Shown here: positions 16,237-26,667 of the stretch, piece after piece
How positions within the stretch are numbered: the stretch's first letter is position 1
How the letters are laid out: every line of letters starts with the position of its first letter
Assembly (NCBI GenBank): GCA_947589395.1
Contig: CANQAA010000003.1
Coordinates: 1-44,986 of the forward strand
Length of the DNA: 44,986 bases
Origin: an uncultured Clostridia bacterium
GTDB taxonomy: Bacteria; Bacillota; Clostridia; Christensenellales; CAG-917
Direction of reading: 5' to 3'
Position numbers and translations under genes: made by a program
The notes under the pieces: generated by a model
Told to the model about the DNA's origin: nothing
The model's database searches: none
What the model saw: the letters and a program-made list of their open reading frames with translations, nothing else

Positions 16237-16821
16237 ATGCAAACAGTGGACGAAGTCATAAATCAACAAAAAAATCCCCGCCTTCTTCTTCACGCGTGCT
16301 GCGGGCCCTGTCTCGCGGGAGCGCTTTCGAATATTGCGCGGCATTTTGACGTGACCGTCTACTTTTTCAATCCCAATATTATGCCGAACGAGGAGTTTAT
16401 CAGGCGATTTGAGGCGCTTAAAGTGGTCGTTGAGCATTTTGGCGTCAAACTCGTCTTGCCAAAACAAGATGTAAGTCAATATCTCGAGCTCGTGCGCGGG
16501 CTTGAAAACCAACCTGAGGGCGGAGATAGATGCGCGAAGTGTTTTGAACTAAGACTGAGATCTACGGCGGAATATTTTTTGAAGACGGCGGAGTTTGACT
16601 TTTTTGCGACGACGCTTACTTTAAGCCCGCACAAGGACGCAAAGCTCATAAACTCCATCGGCGAGCAAATAGAGCGCGAGACGGGCGCAAAGTATCTCGC
16701 CTCCGACTTCAAAAAGCACGACGGATTTTTGCACTCCGTGCAACTTTCAAAAGAGCTTGACATATATCGCCAACGCTATTGCGGATGCAAATTTTCGGAC
16801 AATGCTTCTCAAAACGATTGA
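16237..16821 (+). CDS. queH: Epoxyqueuosine reductase QueH (DUF208)
   Basis: LLLHACCGPC, YFFNPNI, EGGDRCAKCFELRL, TTLTLSPHK, YRQRYCGC; start placed at ATG 16237 because the longer ORF runs through the promoter. Confidence 0.9.
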   Translation: MQTVDEVINQQKNPRLLLHACCGPCLAGALSNIARHFDVTVYFFNPNIMPNEEFIRRFEALKVVVEHFGVKLVLPKQDVSQYLELVRGLENQPEGGDRCAKCFELRLRSTAEYFLKTAEFDFFATTLTLSPHKDAKLINSIGEQIERETGAKYLASDFKKHDGFLHSVQLSKELDIYRQRYCGCKFSDNASQND

Positions 16822-16860
16822 ATTTTTGCATATTTATGATATGATGATGAAAAGGTGAGT

Positions 16861-17877
16861 ATGGACATTTTCAACGTAAGCGGCAACAATTACCAAATGG
16901 GGTTCACGATCGGCGAACATTTCAAGTCATATCTCAAGTTTGCGACGCGCGAGTTTGAGACGCCGCTTTCAAGTTGCATTGAGCGCATAAGGCTGCTCGA
17001 GGGCAAGCTGAAGAGCTCTCTTCCCGGCTGTCTTGACGAGCTGTACGGCAGAGCGGACGGCGCGGGAGTGGACAAAGACGTCATGCTGCTCTATATGTTC
17101 CCGGAGATCTTGGGCAGGACGGACGGCTGCACCACCTTGACTCTCAAGACCCGCGATAACGTGCTGTTTGCTCACAATGAGGACGACAGGGGCTTTTCAA
17201 AGGACAACGTCGCGCTCGTGAAATATTGCTACGACGACGGCTTTACCTTTGCGTACACTATGGCGAGCCGCATGGCGGGCAGCGCGTACGCTTTCAACAG
17301 CTACGGCTTGGCGTTTTCAAGCAACTATATCTTCGGCGGAAGGCTGGAGCTCGACAACGTCTCCCGCTATATCATTCTTCGCGACGTCATCAACGCAAGA
17401 TCCATTTGCGAGGTCGAAAAAAAGCTCAACGCGTTCAGCGCCGCGTCGCCTTTCAGCCTCAACGTCATAGACCTTCGCACCCTCGAGGCGAAAAACTTTG
17501 AAAAGGACATCGAAACGCTGTATCAATTTGACGTGCAGGACAGGTTTGCAAGAAGCAACCACTTCGTTTTGAAGGACGCGCCTCTCACGAGAGTGCCGAA
17601 AAACTCCGTCTTTCGCCGCGAAAAGTCCAAAGAGTTGCTTGACGCGCTCAAGGACGAGAGCGTGGAGGCGCTTCTTGACATACTCGCGTTTGAGCAGGAC
17701 GAGATGGACAACTCCGTCTTCCAAAATCCCGACAAATATCCCGACAAGATCGTCACCGTCTCTAACTTCGCCGTCGACGCGAAGGCGGGCAGGTTTATCG
17801 TCAACGACTTCATAGAAAAAAAGCGCTACGTCTTTGACTCCTCCGCCACTCTCCTTGACGAGCAAAACATAATGTAA
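16861..17877 (+). CDS. C45-family autoproteolytic Ntn hydrolase/acyltransferase
   Basis: G..YQMGF.IG, ELYGRADGAG, DG-CTT cleavage site with Cys nucleophile, AHNED, RSNHF; AAGGTG SD favours ATG 16861 (GTG 16855 is an alternative). Confidence 0.8.
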   Translation: MDIFNVSGNNYQMGFTIGEHFKSYLKFATREFETPLSSCIERIRLLEGKLKSSLPGCLDELYGRADGAGVDKDVMLLYMFPEILGRTDGCTTLTLKTRDNVLFAHNEDDRGFSKDNVALVKYCYDDGFTFAYTMASRMAGSAYAFNSYGLAFSSNYIFGGRLELDNVSRYIILRDVINARSICEVEKKLNAFSAASPFSLNVIDLRTLEAKNFEKDIETLYQFDVQDRFARSNHFVLKDAPLTRVPKNSVFRREKSKELLDALKDESVEALLDILAFEQDEMDNSVFQNPDKYPDKIVTVSNFAVDAKAGRFIVNDFIEKKRYVFDSSATLLDEQNIM

Positions 17878-17889
17878 AATCCACTTCCC

Positions 17890-17913
17890 GCCCCATTTCG
17901 GGGCTTATTTTTT
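17890..17913 (+). terminator. Intrinsic terminator
   Basis: GCCCC-ATTTC-GGGGC then TTATTTTTT. Confidence 0.55.
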
Positions 17914-18059
17914 ACCCAAAATCAAAACCGACGAGCGCTTTTTCAAAGCATAAGACGTGCACTCTTTGAAGACCTGCTTGAGCATGATGTTCCCCATTTG
18001 AAACATAATTAACGCACACTTAATAGAGGACGCCTTTAGCCGAAGTATAGTTTGACAAA

Positions 18060-18372
18060 CCCCTCAGTCTATCGACAGCTCCCCTAACTTTACCCCACAA
18101 AAACACAAAGTATTTTTGCGGGGACCCCATAAGGGCAGCCTTGCTATGGGAATATTAAGCGTGTTCTCTGTTTAGGCAAAGTTAGTCAATTAGTTTTATT
18201 TTCAAGATTTCTCAAGCAGGAATAGCTAATTTCAAAAATCTTCTATTTTCTCATTTGGTCATCAAAGTTAGCTTCAACTCGGTTACTTGGTGGTTTTCCA
18301 AAAGCCTCCTTTCGAGGCCGCCCTTAGTAAGGGGAACTGGCTGCGCCGCTTAGGCGGTCGCAGACTGAGGGG
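18060..18372. repeat. Inverted pair of REP-like elements; the left copy carries an inserted hairpin unit
   Basis: Left CCCCTCAGTC...CAGCTCCCCT...TAAGGGCAGCC (18060-18140); right reverse complement CCCCTCAGTC...CAGTTCCCCTTACTAAGGGCGGCC (18372-18316); insert at 18092-18128 matches the unit of the 41034 array. Confidence 0.75.
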
Positions 18373-18606
18373 ATTGTAAGCGAAAACATATTACGGGTTG
18401 AAAACTTTTTTCAAACTAAAACTCAGAGCGAGTGTAAATCCAATCACACAAAATAGCAAGCGGGCGATAACAAGCAAAATGAGTGGAAATTGACCTTAAT
18501 ATCGTAAAGCGAAGCGTATATTTTGCGTGCGCGGAGTGGCGATAAAATTGCGGTGCGCTCATAACCGCTTTCGACAGGAAAGCGTTGATCGCTGAGCAAT
18601 TTTGAG

Positions 18607-19002
18607 CTAATTATGCATTGGATTTTTGTAGCGTTTGCCGCAATTTGGACAGACGAGGGTGGGATCTTTTGTGACATCTATGGGTGCGCCGCACTCCGGG
18701 CACTCCACGACGTCGACTTGCGCGTCATTGCCCTGCCCTTCGTAGTTGTCGGAAAGCTGCATATATTTCGCCGCCTGACGGGCGCGTGCTTCGCGATTGA
18801 TCTCGGTCAGCTTCATGCCGTAAATAATGGTTCTTGCAAGCGCGCTTGCCAAAAGCCCTATCGAAAGGACGATAATTTCTACGCTATTCGAACGCCAATA
18901 GAAACGGCCTGCGGTGTAAATAATCAATGTCAAAGCGACCGCCATCCATATAACGCTCAACGCGAGCTTGAACCTAACTTTTTCCTTGTTATCGTTTTTC
19001 AT
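18607..19002 (-). CDS. Two-TM membrane protein with a C-terminal zinc ribbon
   Basis: Start ATG 19002 with AGGTGG SD; two hydrophobic helices; CPECG-x10-CPNCG. Confidence 0.75.
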   Translation of the reverse strand: MKNDNKEKVRFKLALSVIWMAVALTLIIYTAGRFYWRSNSVEIIVLSIGLLASALARTIIYGMKLTEINREARARQAAKYMQLSDNYEGQGNDAQVDVVECPECGAPIDVTKDPTLVCPNCGKRYKNPMHN

Positions 19003-19075
19003 AGTCCACCTGCCTTTTATATTTCGCACGATATATCATCGAACGAGATTTTGCCGTGCGCTCCTCACCCACAAA

Positions 19076-19423
19076 TCAGTTTGTTTTCTCGCCCTCTTCG
19101 TCGTCTTCGGGCACGAGACGGATGTAGCGCTTCGCCGCTTTTACGCTCTCAACTCGCGCAAGCTCTGAGATCTTCATGCCGTAGATAATGGTTCTTGCAA
19201 GCGCGCATCCGAATATTCCTATCGAGACGATTATCACGACCGCCATGACGTAAACGCCGTAAGGGTCGGTCGTTTTTATGGAATAGCCGCCAATGTTGAC
19301 CATATCGTAGTTTTTTTCTTCCATACAAGCTGAAAAAATGATCAAAGTCAAAGCGACCACCATCCAAATTATGCCGGAAAAGAGCTTGGTTTTGATTTTT
19401 TCTTTACTCTCATTCACTGTCAT
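19076..19423 (-). CDS. Two-TM membrane protein, paralogue of 18607..19002, lacking the zinc ribbon
   Basis: Start ATG 19423 with AGGTGG SD; shares KEK..KL...IWM.VALTLII and ALARTIIYGMK...AA..Y with its neighbour. Confidence 0.75.
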   Translation of the reverse strand: MTVNESKEKIKTKLFSGIIWMVVALTLIIFSACMEEKNYDMVNIGGYSIKTTDPYGVYVMAVVIIVSIGIFGCALARTIIYGMKISELARVESVKAAKRYIRLVPEDDEEGEKTN

Positions 19424-19430
19424 GATCCAC

Positions 19431-19484
19431 CTACCTTTTTTATTATAATCGTACAATCTACCTTTTTTATTATAATCGTACAAT
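19431..19484. repeat. Exact 27-bp tandem duplication in the promoter/5' UTR
   Basis: CTACCTTTTTTATTATAATCGTACAAT at 19431-19457 and 19458-19484. Confidence 0.95.
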
Positions 19485-19497
19485 ATGCGATTGTCAA
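19469..19497 (-). promoter_or_regulatory. Consensus sigma-A promoter with a candidate XRE site
   Basis: TTGACA-17 bp-TATAAT; ATATGCGATT at 19483-19492, repeated at 19513-19522. Confidence 0.75.
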
Positions 19498-19540
19498 GAC
19501 AGAAATCACCTTATATGCGATTATTGCAAGGGGTGATAAT

Positions 19541-19753
19541 ATGGAACTGAAAGACATTCAGCAAAGGTTAAGACAAGCGATAAAACAAAGCGGCTTGCAA
19601 CAAAATTACATTGCAAAGTGCGTGGGCGTGTCCGCTCAAACGGTGTCAAAGTATATGCGTGAGGATATCTTTCCCGCCCTCGATACGTTTGCAAAACTTT
19701 GCGCTCTCATAGACGTGTCCGCCGATTACATTTTGGGAATAAGCAAAAATTAA
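19541..19753 (+). CDS. XRE-family HTH transcriptional regulator (70 aa)
   Basis: RLRQAI..SGLQQNYIAKCVGVSAQTVSKY...P.LDTFAKLC..IDVSADYILG; GGGGTG SD. Confidence 0.9.
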   Translation: MELKDIQQRLRQAIKQSGLQQNYIAKCVGVSAQTVSKYMREDIFPALDTFAKLCALIDVSADYILGISKN

Positions 19754-19856
19754 CGCGCAACTCGTTTTGCGATTTGCGCGCCGATTTCATTTTTAAGCAA
19801 TGTTTGTTTTAAAAGAGTTTTTGTAAACTCAAAATGCTCTCGCTTTGACGCAAAAC

Positions 19857-20540
19857 TTATTCGCCCGGCGAGACTTGATTTTCGGGCGAGGTTTGAATTT
19901 CGCAAGAAGCGCTTTTTTGCGCGGGCTTCTTCAGATTGCCAAGCCACTTGAGCGAGGGAATGACGAGCCCTCCGATGGAATTCCCCAAAATGATGAGCAC
20001 GATAAAAACCAACACTTTCCAAAATACGAGCCCTTTGATCGTGGCGGAAAAATAGAACATATCCGCGATGGAGTGCTCAAAGCCGCTCATGATGAAGGCG
20101 GGAATGCCGAGAATCACGCCAAGCGGGGACTTGTGATTTGCAAAGATGTCCACCGCGACGTAGATGAGCACGCCGCAGAAGACAGCGCGGATGAAGCTGC
20201 TGAGATACCCCTGCTCGAGCTTTGCCGTGCACACGCTAAGCGCCGCGTCGTGAAGCTGAGGTATGGCATATCCAAGCAGATATCCAACGACGAGCGACGC
20301 CACGCCGTTGCCCAAAAGCCCGAACACGAGCACGAGGATGTCGTCCTTAGAGTGCTTTTCAAAGAGCAGCCCTATCTTGCCCGTGTAAAGAGAATAGCCC
20401 TTCAGACACACAGTGAGCAGTCCTATCGTGAACAAAAAAGCGCCCACCGCCTTGTAGCCGTCCAAGCACATCAAAAACGCCGCGCCGCCGATCGAGATCA
20501 TCAAGCCCGCAAGCAGGCCGTCCACAAATTTTTTTATCAT
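19857..20540 (-). CDS. Formate/nitrite transporter (FNT) family channel
   Basis: [31 protein letters not shown]; ATGA overlap with subunit D. Confidence 0.9.
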   Translation of the reverse strand: MIKKFVDGLLAGLMISIGGAAFLMCLDGYKAVGAFLFTIGLLTVCLKGYSLYTGKIGLLFEKHSKDDILVLVFGLLGNGVASLVVGYLLGYAIPQLHDAALSVCTAKLEQGYLSSFIRAVFCGVLIYVAVDIFANHKSPLGVILGIPAFIMSGFEHSIADMFYFSATIKGLVFWKVLVFIVLIILGNSIGGLVIPSLKWLGNLKKPAQKSASCEIQTSPENQVSPGE

Positions 20541-21178
20541 TGTCCGTTTTCCTTTTGTTGTTCGAGCATGGCTTTGACCTTCATGAGTCTTGTGGTCGCC
20601 CCCCTCTCGTTTTCATCGAGTTTCATGGTGATATACTTTATGGTCTCCTCAAGCTGAGGGATCATGACGTACTCGAGCGCGTTGACCCTGCGGCGGTTTT
20701 TTTCTATCTCATCCGCAAGCAGATTGCAGGTTTTTTCGACTTCGGCGAGCTTCAAGAGCTTTGGGATCAGCTCGGAGAGCGACGCGATAGAGCCGTCCAG
20801 CTCCCCCGTCACGCTCGCAAAAGAATACGGATATTTCTCGTCTCCCACGATCGAGACGTCAAAGACGGGCACTTCCACGCTCATTTCGCTCTTCGACGAG
20901 GCTTTGAGCATGGCCCTCGTGCCCGGCATGGACACCGCCTCCTCGAGCGCGTCGTCCGACGACACGGCGCGGGCGAGCATAAAGGACTTCATCGCCGCCT
21001 TAAGCTCCACCTCCACCTCTTCTCTCAGTCGCCTGTTCTCTTTGACGTAAAGCATAAAGCGTCTGATCATTTCGTCAGATTTATCCTTCAACAGCTTGTG
21101 TCCGCGCACGGCGGTCCTCAGCCTGTTTTTGAGAAGCCTGAGCTCCATTCTTGTGGGATTGACGTTGAGCTTTGCCAT
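20537..21178 (-). CDS. ntpD: V-type ATPase subunit D
   Basis: [25 protein letters not shown]. Confidence 0.95.
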   Translation of the reverse strand: MAKLNVNPTRMELRLLKNRLRTAVRGHKLLKDKSDEMIRRFMLYVKENRRLREEVEVELKAAMKSFMLARAVSSDDALEEAVSMPGTRAMLKASSKSEMSVEVPVFDVSIVGDEKYPYSFASVTGELDGSIASLSELIPKLLKLAEVEKTCNLLADEIEKNRRRVNALEYVMIPQLEETIKYITMKLDENERGATTRLMKVKAMLEQQKENGQ

Positions 21179-21179
21179 A

Positions 21180-22556
21180 TCAGTCCTTGTCTTTGTCGAG
21201 ATACTTTTCGAGATATTCGTCTCTTATCCTCTTGAGTTCTCCTCTTGGAAGCAGTCTCAAAAGTTTCCAGCCCAAATCAAGGGTCTCCTCGATGGAGCGG
21301 TTGACGTTGAAGCCCTGCGAGATATATTGTTTTTCAAACTCGTCCGCAAACGCCGCAAACTTTTTGTCCGTGTCCGTGAGCGCCGCGTCGCCGAGAATTG
21401 AGCTGAGCTCCTTTGCCTCCTTGCCCTGAGCGTACGCGCTGAAGAGCTGGTTCATCGTGTCCGCGTGATCCTCTCTCGTCTTGCCCTTGCCGATGCCCTT
21501 GTCCTTTAGACGACTGAGCGACGGCAAAACGTCGATCGGCGGCACGATCCCGCGTTTATATAGCTCTCTTGATATGATTATCTGCCCTTCCGTGATATAG
21601 CCGGTGAGGTCGGGGATAGGGTGAGTCTTGTCGTCTTCGGGCATCGTGAGGATGGGAATTTGCGTGATAGACCCTTTTTTGCCGACGATGCGCCCCGCCC
21701 TTTCGTACATGCTCGCAAGGTCGGTATACATATATCCGGGATAGCCGCGCCTGCCGGGAACTTCCTTTCTTGCGGCGGAAATTTCCCTCAAAGCCTCAGC
21801 GTAGTTGGTGATGTCGGTGGTGATGACGAGCACATGCATGTCCTTTTCAAACGCGAGATATTCCGCTGCGGTGAGCGCCATTCTCGGCGTGGAGACGCGC
21901 TCGACTGCGGGGTCGTTTGCGAGGTTTATAAACATGACCGCGCGCTCGATAGCTCCCGTCTTTCTGAAATCGTTGATGAAAAAGTCCGCTTCCTCAAAGG
22001 TTATGCCGACTGCCGCGAATACGACCGCAAACTTCTCGTTTGAACCCAAGACCTTTGCCTGTCTTGCGATCTGCGCCGCGAGTTCCGCATGAGGCATGCC
22101 CGACATGGAAAACACGGGGAGCTTTTGCCCTCTGACGAGGGTGTTGAGCCCGTCTATCGCGCTTATGCCCGTTTGAATGAACTCGTTTGGATAGTCGCGA
22201 GAGACGGGGTTGATGGGCTGACCGTTGATGTCAAGCCTCATTTCGGGAATGATCGGCGCGCCGCCGTCGCGCGGATTGCCCATGCCGTCAAAGACTCTGC
22301 CCAGCATATCCTCGCTGACGCCAAGCTCAATGCCGTGTCCCAAAAAGCGCGCTTTTGCGGACGTCATCTTGATGCCCTGCGACGGCTCGAAAAGCTGAAC
22401 GAGCGCCTTGTCGCGGTTGATCTCGAGCACTTTGCCGCTGCGGATCTCCTCGCCGCATCTTATCTCGACAAGCTCGTTGTACTTCACGCCCTCAACGCCC
22501 TCGACGAGCATGAGAGGTCCGACTATTTCCCTAACGGTGTTATATTCCTTCAGCAT
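21180..22556 (-). CDS. ntpB: V-type ATPase subunit B
   Basis: [46 protein letters not shown]. Confidence 0.97.
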   Translation of the reverse strand: MLKEYNTVREIVGPLMLVEGVEGVKYNELVEIRCGEEIRSGKVLEINRDKALVQLFEPSQGIKMTSAKARFLGHGIELGVSEDMLGRVFDGMGNPRDGGAPIIPEMRLDINGQPINPVSRDYPNEFIQTGISAIDGLNTLVRGQKLPVFSMSGMPHAELAAQIARQAKVLGSNEKFAVVFAAVGITFEEADFFINDFRKTGAIERAVMFINLANDPAVERVSTPRMALTAAEYLAFEKDMHVLVITTDITNYAEALREISAARKEVPGRRGYPGYMYTDLASMYERAGRIVGKKGSITQIPILTMPEDDKTHPIPDLTGYITEGQIIISRELYKRGIVPPIDVLPSLSRLKDKGIGKGKTREDHADTMNQLFSAYAQGKEAKELSSILGDAALTDTDKKFAAFADEFEKQYISQGFNVNRSIEETLDLGWKLLRLLPRGELKRIRDEYLEKYLDKDKD

Positions 22557-24322
22557 CAGATCTGTCCTCCTTCGCTAAGCGCGGACATCTCGCTCTTGAT
22601 TTGTTTTTTGAGTTCCTCAAACTTGTCCATTTCCTCTTCGGGGATATATTTCGCCCTGCCTATGCTCTCTCTCACCGGCAACTCGAGGATGTCCTCGATG
22701 TCGATGTTCTTTTCAAGCGCGTCCAACGCGAGATAGTGGAAAGTCATTATGCACGAGAGCATGTTCTCCTGCTTTTTGAGGGAGGAATATGTGTCCACCT
22801 CGTGGAAAGCGTTTTGATGCAGATAGTCTTCTCTTATCGACTTTGCGGTCTCCATCGTCAGCCTGTTCGAGGGGGAGAGCGCGTCCATGCCCACGAGGCG
22901 CACGATCTCGTTGAGTTGCGCCTCCTCTTGCAATATCTTCATGCACTCGGCGCGAAGTTTGAGCCACTCGTCGCCCATATTTTCGGCGTACCACTCCGAG
23001 AGCCTGTCCGCATAGAGGGAATAGCTCGTGAGCCAATCTATCGCCGGGAAATGACGCCTGTACGCAAGCGAAGCGCTAAGTCCCCAAAACACTTTGACTA
23101 TCCTCAAAGTCGCCTGAGACACGGGCTCGGAAAGGTCGCCGCCCGGAGGAGACACCGCGCCTATCGCCGTGATAGAACCCGTCTCGCCCTTTCCGCCAAG
23201 CACTTTGACGACGCCCGCGCGCTCATAAAACTCCGCAAGTCTCGAGCTGAGGTACGCGGGATAGCCCTCTTCGCCGGGCATCTCCTCGAGCCTGCCCGAC
23301 ATCTCTCTGAGTGCCTCCGCCCAACGCGAGGTGGAGTCCGCCATGATCGCGACGGAATATCCCATGTCGCGGAAATACTCCGCTATCGTGATGCCCGTGT
23401 AAATGGACGCCTCTCTTGCCGCAACGGGCATATCCGATGTGTTTGCGATGAGCACCGTGCGCTTCATGAGGGGCTGTCCGCTCTTTGGGTCGATGAGCGC
23501 GGGGAACTCGTTGAGCACGTCAGTCATTTCGTTGCCGCGCTCGCCGCAACCGATATACACGATTATGTCCGCGTCCGCCCACTTCGCAAGCTGATGCTGA
23601 ACGACGGTCTTGCCGCTTCCAAACGGTCCGGGAACTGCCGCGACGCCTCCGCGAGCAATGGGAAAGAGCGTGTCGATGACGCGTTGCCCCGTGACAAGAG
23701 GAGAGGACGGGGAGAGTTTTTCCGCGTAAGGTCTGCCCTTTCTGACAGGCCATTTTTGCAACATGCATACGTTTTTGTCGCCTTTTTCGGTCGAAATGAC
23801 GGCGATGGTCTCGTCAACCGTGAACGAGCCCCTTTTGATCTCCTTGACGACGCCCTTGACTCCGTAAGGGACCAATATCTTGTGTTCAATGAGCACGTTT
23901 TCCTGCACCGAGCCGAGCTTTGTGCCCGCTTCGACTGTCGCTCCCACGCTCACGCACGGGACGAACTCCCACTTTTTTTCGTGGTCGACGGCGGGCGCGT
24001 ATACGCCCCTCTCTATTCTGTCGCCCGCGATCTCTTTGAGCTTTGCAAGCGGACGCTGAATGCCGTCGTAGATGCCCTCGATAAGTCCGGGAGCGAGCTC
24101 GACCGAAAGCGGCTCTCCGAGCGAATACACTTCCTCGCCCGGACCGAGACCGCTGGTCTCCTCATAAACCTGAATTGACGCTTTGTCGCCTCTCAGCTCG
24201 ATGATCTCGCCGATCAACCTCTTTGCGCTGACCTGCACGACGTCGTACATCTTGCAGTTCGCCATGCCCTCAGCCACGATCAAAGGACCGGATACCTTAA
24301 CAATTCTGCCTGTTTCCATCAT
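22556..24322 (-). CDS. ntpA: V-type ATPase subunit A
   Basis: Walker [41 protein letters not shown]; no intein visible. Confidence 0.97.
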   Translation of the reverse strand: MMETGRIVKVSGPLIVAEGMANCKMYDVVQVSAKRLIGEIIELRGDKASIQVYEETSGLGPGEEVYSLGEPLSVELAPGLIEGIYDGIQRPLAKLKEIAGDRIERGVYAPAVDHEKKWEFVPCVSVGATVEAGTKLGSVQENVLIEHKILVPYGVKGVVKEIKRGSFTVDETIAVISTEKGDKNVCMLQKWPVRKGRPYAEKLSPSSPLVTGQRVIDTLFPIARGGVAAVPGPFGSGKTVVQHQLAKWADADIIVYIGCGERGNEMTDVLNEFPALIDPKSGQPLMKRTVLIANTSDMPVAAREASIYTGITIAEYFRDMGYSVAIMADSTSRWAEALREMSGRLEEMPGEEGYPAYLSSRLAEFYERAGVVKVLGGKGETGSITAIGAVSPPGGDLSEPVSQATLRIVKVFWGLSASLAYRRHFPAIDWLTSYSLYADRLSEWYAENMGDEWLKLRAECMKILQEEAQLNEIVRLVGMDALSPSNRLTMETAKSIREDYLHQNAFHEVDTYSSLKKQENMLSCIMTFHYLALDALEKNIDIEDILELPVRESIGRAKYIPEEEMDKFEELKKQIKSEMSALSEGGQI

Positions 24323-24648
24323 TTTTCCTCTTTGTCAACGAATATATCTGCGCCGATCGCCTTTTCTATATTCTCTTTTATCAATTTCATTCCAAGTCCC
24401 GTGCCGCCGTCCGCTGCGGGAATGGGCACTATCACGGGATAGGGACGGGAGCGATATCTCTTTATATACGCGTCCGCCCAAAGCGCCACCTGCTCGGTGA
24501 CGAAAATGACCGAATACGTCCTCGCAAGCGCGTGCACGGTGTTTGCCGCCTCGACCTCGTCGCTCACGGCGTATACGTCCACTCCGACCGCCTTGAAAGC
24601 AAGCACGGAATCTTTATCCCCGACGACGGCGATCAACCCTTCACGCAT
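24319..24648 (-). CDS. ntpG: V-type ATPase subunit F (NtpG in Enterococcus nomenclature)
   Basis: [17 protein letters not shown] ... IEKAIGADI; operon position. Confidence 0.9.
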   Translation of the reverse strand: MREGLIAVVGDKDSVLAFKAVGVDVYAVSDEVEAANTVHALARTYSVIFVTEQVALWADAYIKRYRSRPYPVIVPIPAADGGTGLGMKLIKENIEKAIGADIFVDKEEK

Positions 24649-25594
24649 AGACATCTCTCAACCTTTCCCTTATAAGTTCGCTCTCGACGCCGTTTTTCAC
24701 GCCCGCCACGATGACCTTTGCAACTTTCAGCTCCGCCACCTTCGACATATAATACGCGACGATGGGCGCGACCTCGAAGAGCTCGTTTTTCATGCCCTTC
24801 CAATAGGCGAAAAGCGCGTTGTCGCAAGCTGTCTCAAAAGCGGCTATATTGCCCGAATCGAGGGTTTTTAGCGCCTCTTCTTCAAGTTCAAACCCCTTTA
24901 TGCGCTCTTTGAGCTTTTCGTCGCTCTCGCCGTACGCGTCGTCGAGTTTGAGCCTTCCGCCCTCGATATAGCCCTCGTGATAAAAGTTCGCCGAAAGAGC
25001 GAGCCTTTTGCATCTCAAAAACGAATCGAGGTTGACAAAGTCGACGTTTCTCACGAGATACTCCCTCATCAACTTGTCTTTTTTCTTCAGCCTCGAAAAG
25101 CAGTACGCATACATCGCCTTGTCCATGAGCGAGTCGATAAGATGCGGACTGCACTTGCCATCTTCGGCATTCTTTCTCAAAAATTTTATGGGATCTCCAA
25201 AGCCGCTCAGCACTTTATCCGGCTCGTCGGACTCTATCGCGCAAACGAGCTCGTCCGCCTTGAATATCCCCTCGACGGCGATCTCGGGATAGGGCTTTGA
25301 AGAGAGCTTCGCCTTCAAAAGTTTTTTGATGTTCACGAGGTCGAACTTCAGCAAAATGAGCGCGTCGAGCGCGCCGCCCACGTTGAACTCGTCCAAAAAC
25401 TCCCGCTGCTTTTTTTCCTCCGTCACGAACATCTTCTCAAACCCTTCTTCCAAAGAAAAGCCCATATCGGCAAGCGCATGCTCGAGCGCGTCGAGGTTTT
25501 TGCACTCCAAAAGCCTCTGCGCGGACTGAGCAGACATTAGCTTTGCCTCCATAGACTTGATTCTTGCATTGTTGAAGACGAACTCTGACGACAT
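24641..25594 (-). CDS. ntpC: V-type ATPase subunit C
   Basis: NARIKSMEAKL N-terminus, [11 protein letters not shown]-terminus; operon position. Confidence 0.9.
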   Translation of the reverse strand: MSSEFVFNNARIKSMEAKLMSAQSAQRLLECKNLDALEHALADMGFSLEEGFEKMFVTEEKKQREFLDEFNVGGALDALILLKFDLVNIKKLLKAKLSSKPYPEIAVEGIFKADELVCAIESDEPDKVLSGFGDPIKFLRKNAEDGKCSPHLIDSLMDKAMYAYCFSRLKKKDKLMREYLVRNVDFVNLDSFLRCKRLALSANFYHEGYIEGGRLKLDDAYGESDEKLKERIKGFELEEEALKTLDSGNIAAFETACDNALFAYWKGMKNELFEVAPIVAYYMSKVAELKVAKVIVAGVKNGVESELIRERLRDVYA

Positions 25595-26169
25595 CAGGCA
25601 AAAATTTCTCCCGCGATTTTTGTTTCGTACTCTTCTTTCAAGAGTTGCACCTCGACCTCGAAGGTGAGGTTTTTGTCGACTCCTCCGCCTCTTAGGATCA
25701 TTCCGCCCAAAAAGCTTTCCGCGTCCTCGCAGAGAGTCACTTTCACTCCCCTCTTTGCCGTCGCCCTGTCGACGGCGGCCTTTGTGAGAAGCGCCTTGCC
25801 CCTCTCGTTCAGCACAATTACGTCGCCGTCTTCGGCAAACTTGAGCATGCCGAGCAACAGCTTTTTCATTTGCGCGTCGGGAAGTTGCGTGAGCTTTTCA
25901 AGCGTTCTTGCAAAAATGGAGTCCAAAATTTCCTGCTTCTTTTTCAAAAGCAGTTTTCTTGCGTCAAGTTCCGCTACGGTCTTCGAGCGCGAAAGGATAT
26001 CCTCACTCTCAAGCGCGATCTCCGCTTGGGAGCGATAAAGGATATCTTTGCACTGCTCGGCGGCTTCGGATATGAGCCGCTCCGCTTCCCGATTCTGCTC
26101 CTCGAGGAAGCTGTCCGCCTTGAGCTTGGCGTCGTCAACGATCTTGTCGATTATGGCTTGTTTACTCAT
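25594..26169 (-). CDS. ntpE: V-type ATPase subunit E
   Basis: IIDKIVDDA coiled coil, GGMIL...NLTFE; operon position. Confidence 0.88.
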   Translation of the reverse strand: MSKQAIIDKIVDDAKLKADSFLEEQNREAERLISEAAEQCKDILYRSQAEIALESEDILSRSKTVAELDARKLLLKKKQEILDSIFARTLEKLTQLPDAQMKKLLLGMLKFAEDGDVIVLNERGKALLTKAAVDRATAKRGVKVTLCEDAESFLGGMILRGGGVDKNLTFEVEVQLLKEEYETKIAGEIFA

Positions 26170-26171
26170 AA

Positions 26172-26660
<489 letters not shown>

Positions 26661-26667
26661 TTACCTC

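Noticed and set aside
22601-24178. 525-aa plus-strand ORF
   Set aside because: Antisense shadow of ntpA caused by codon bias.
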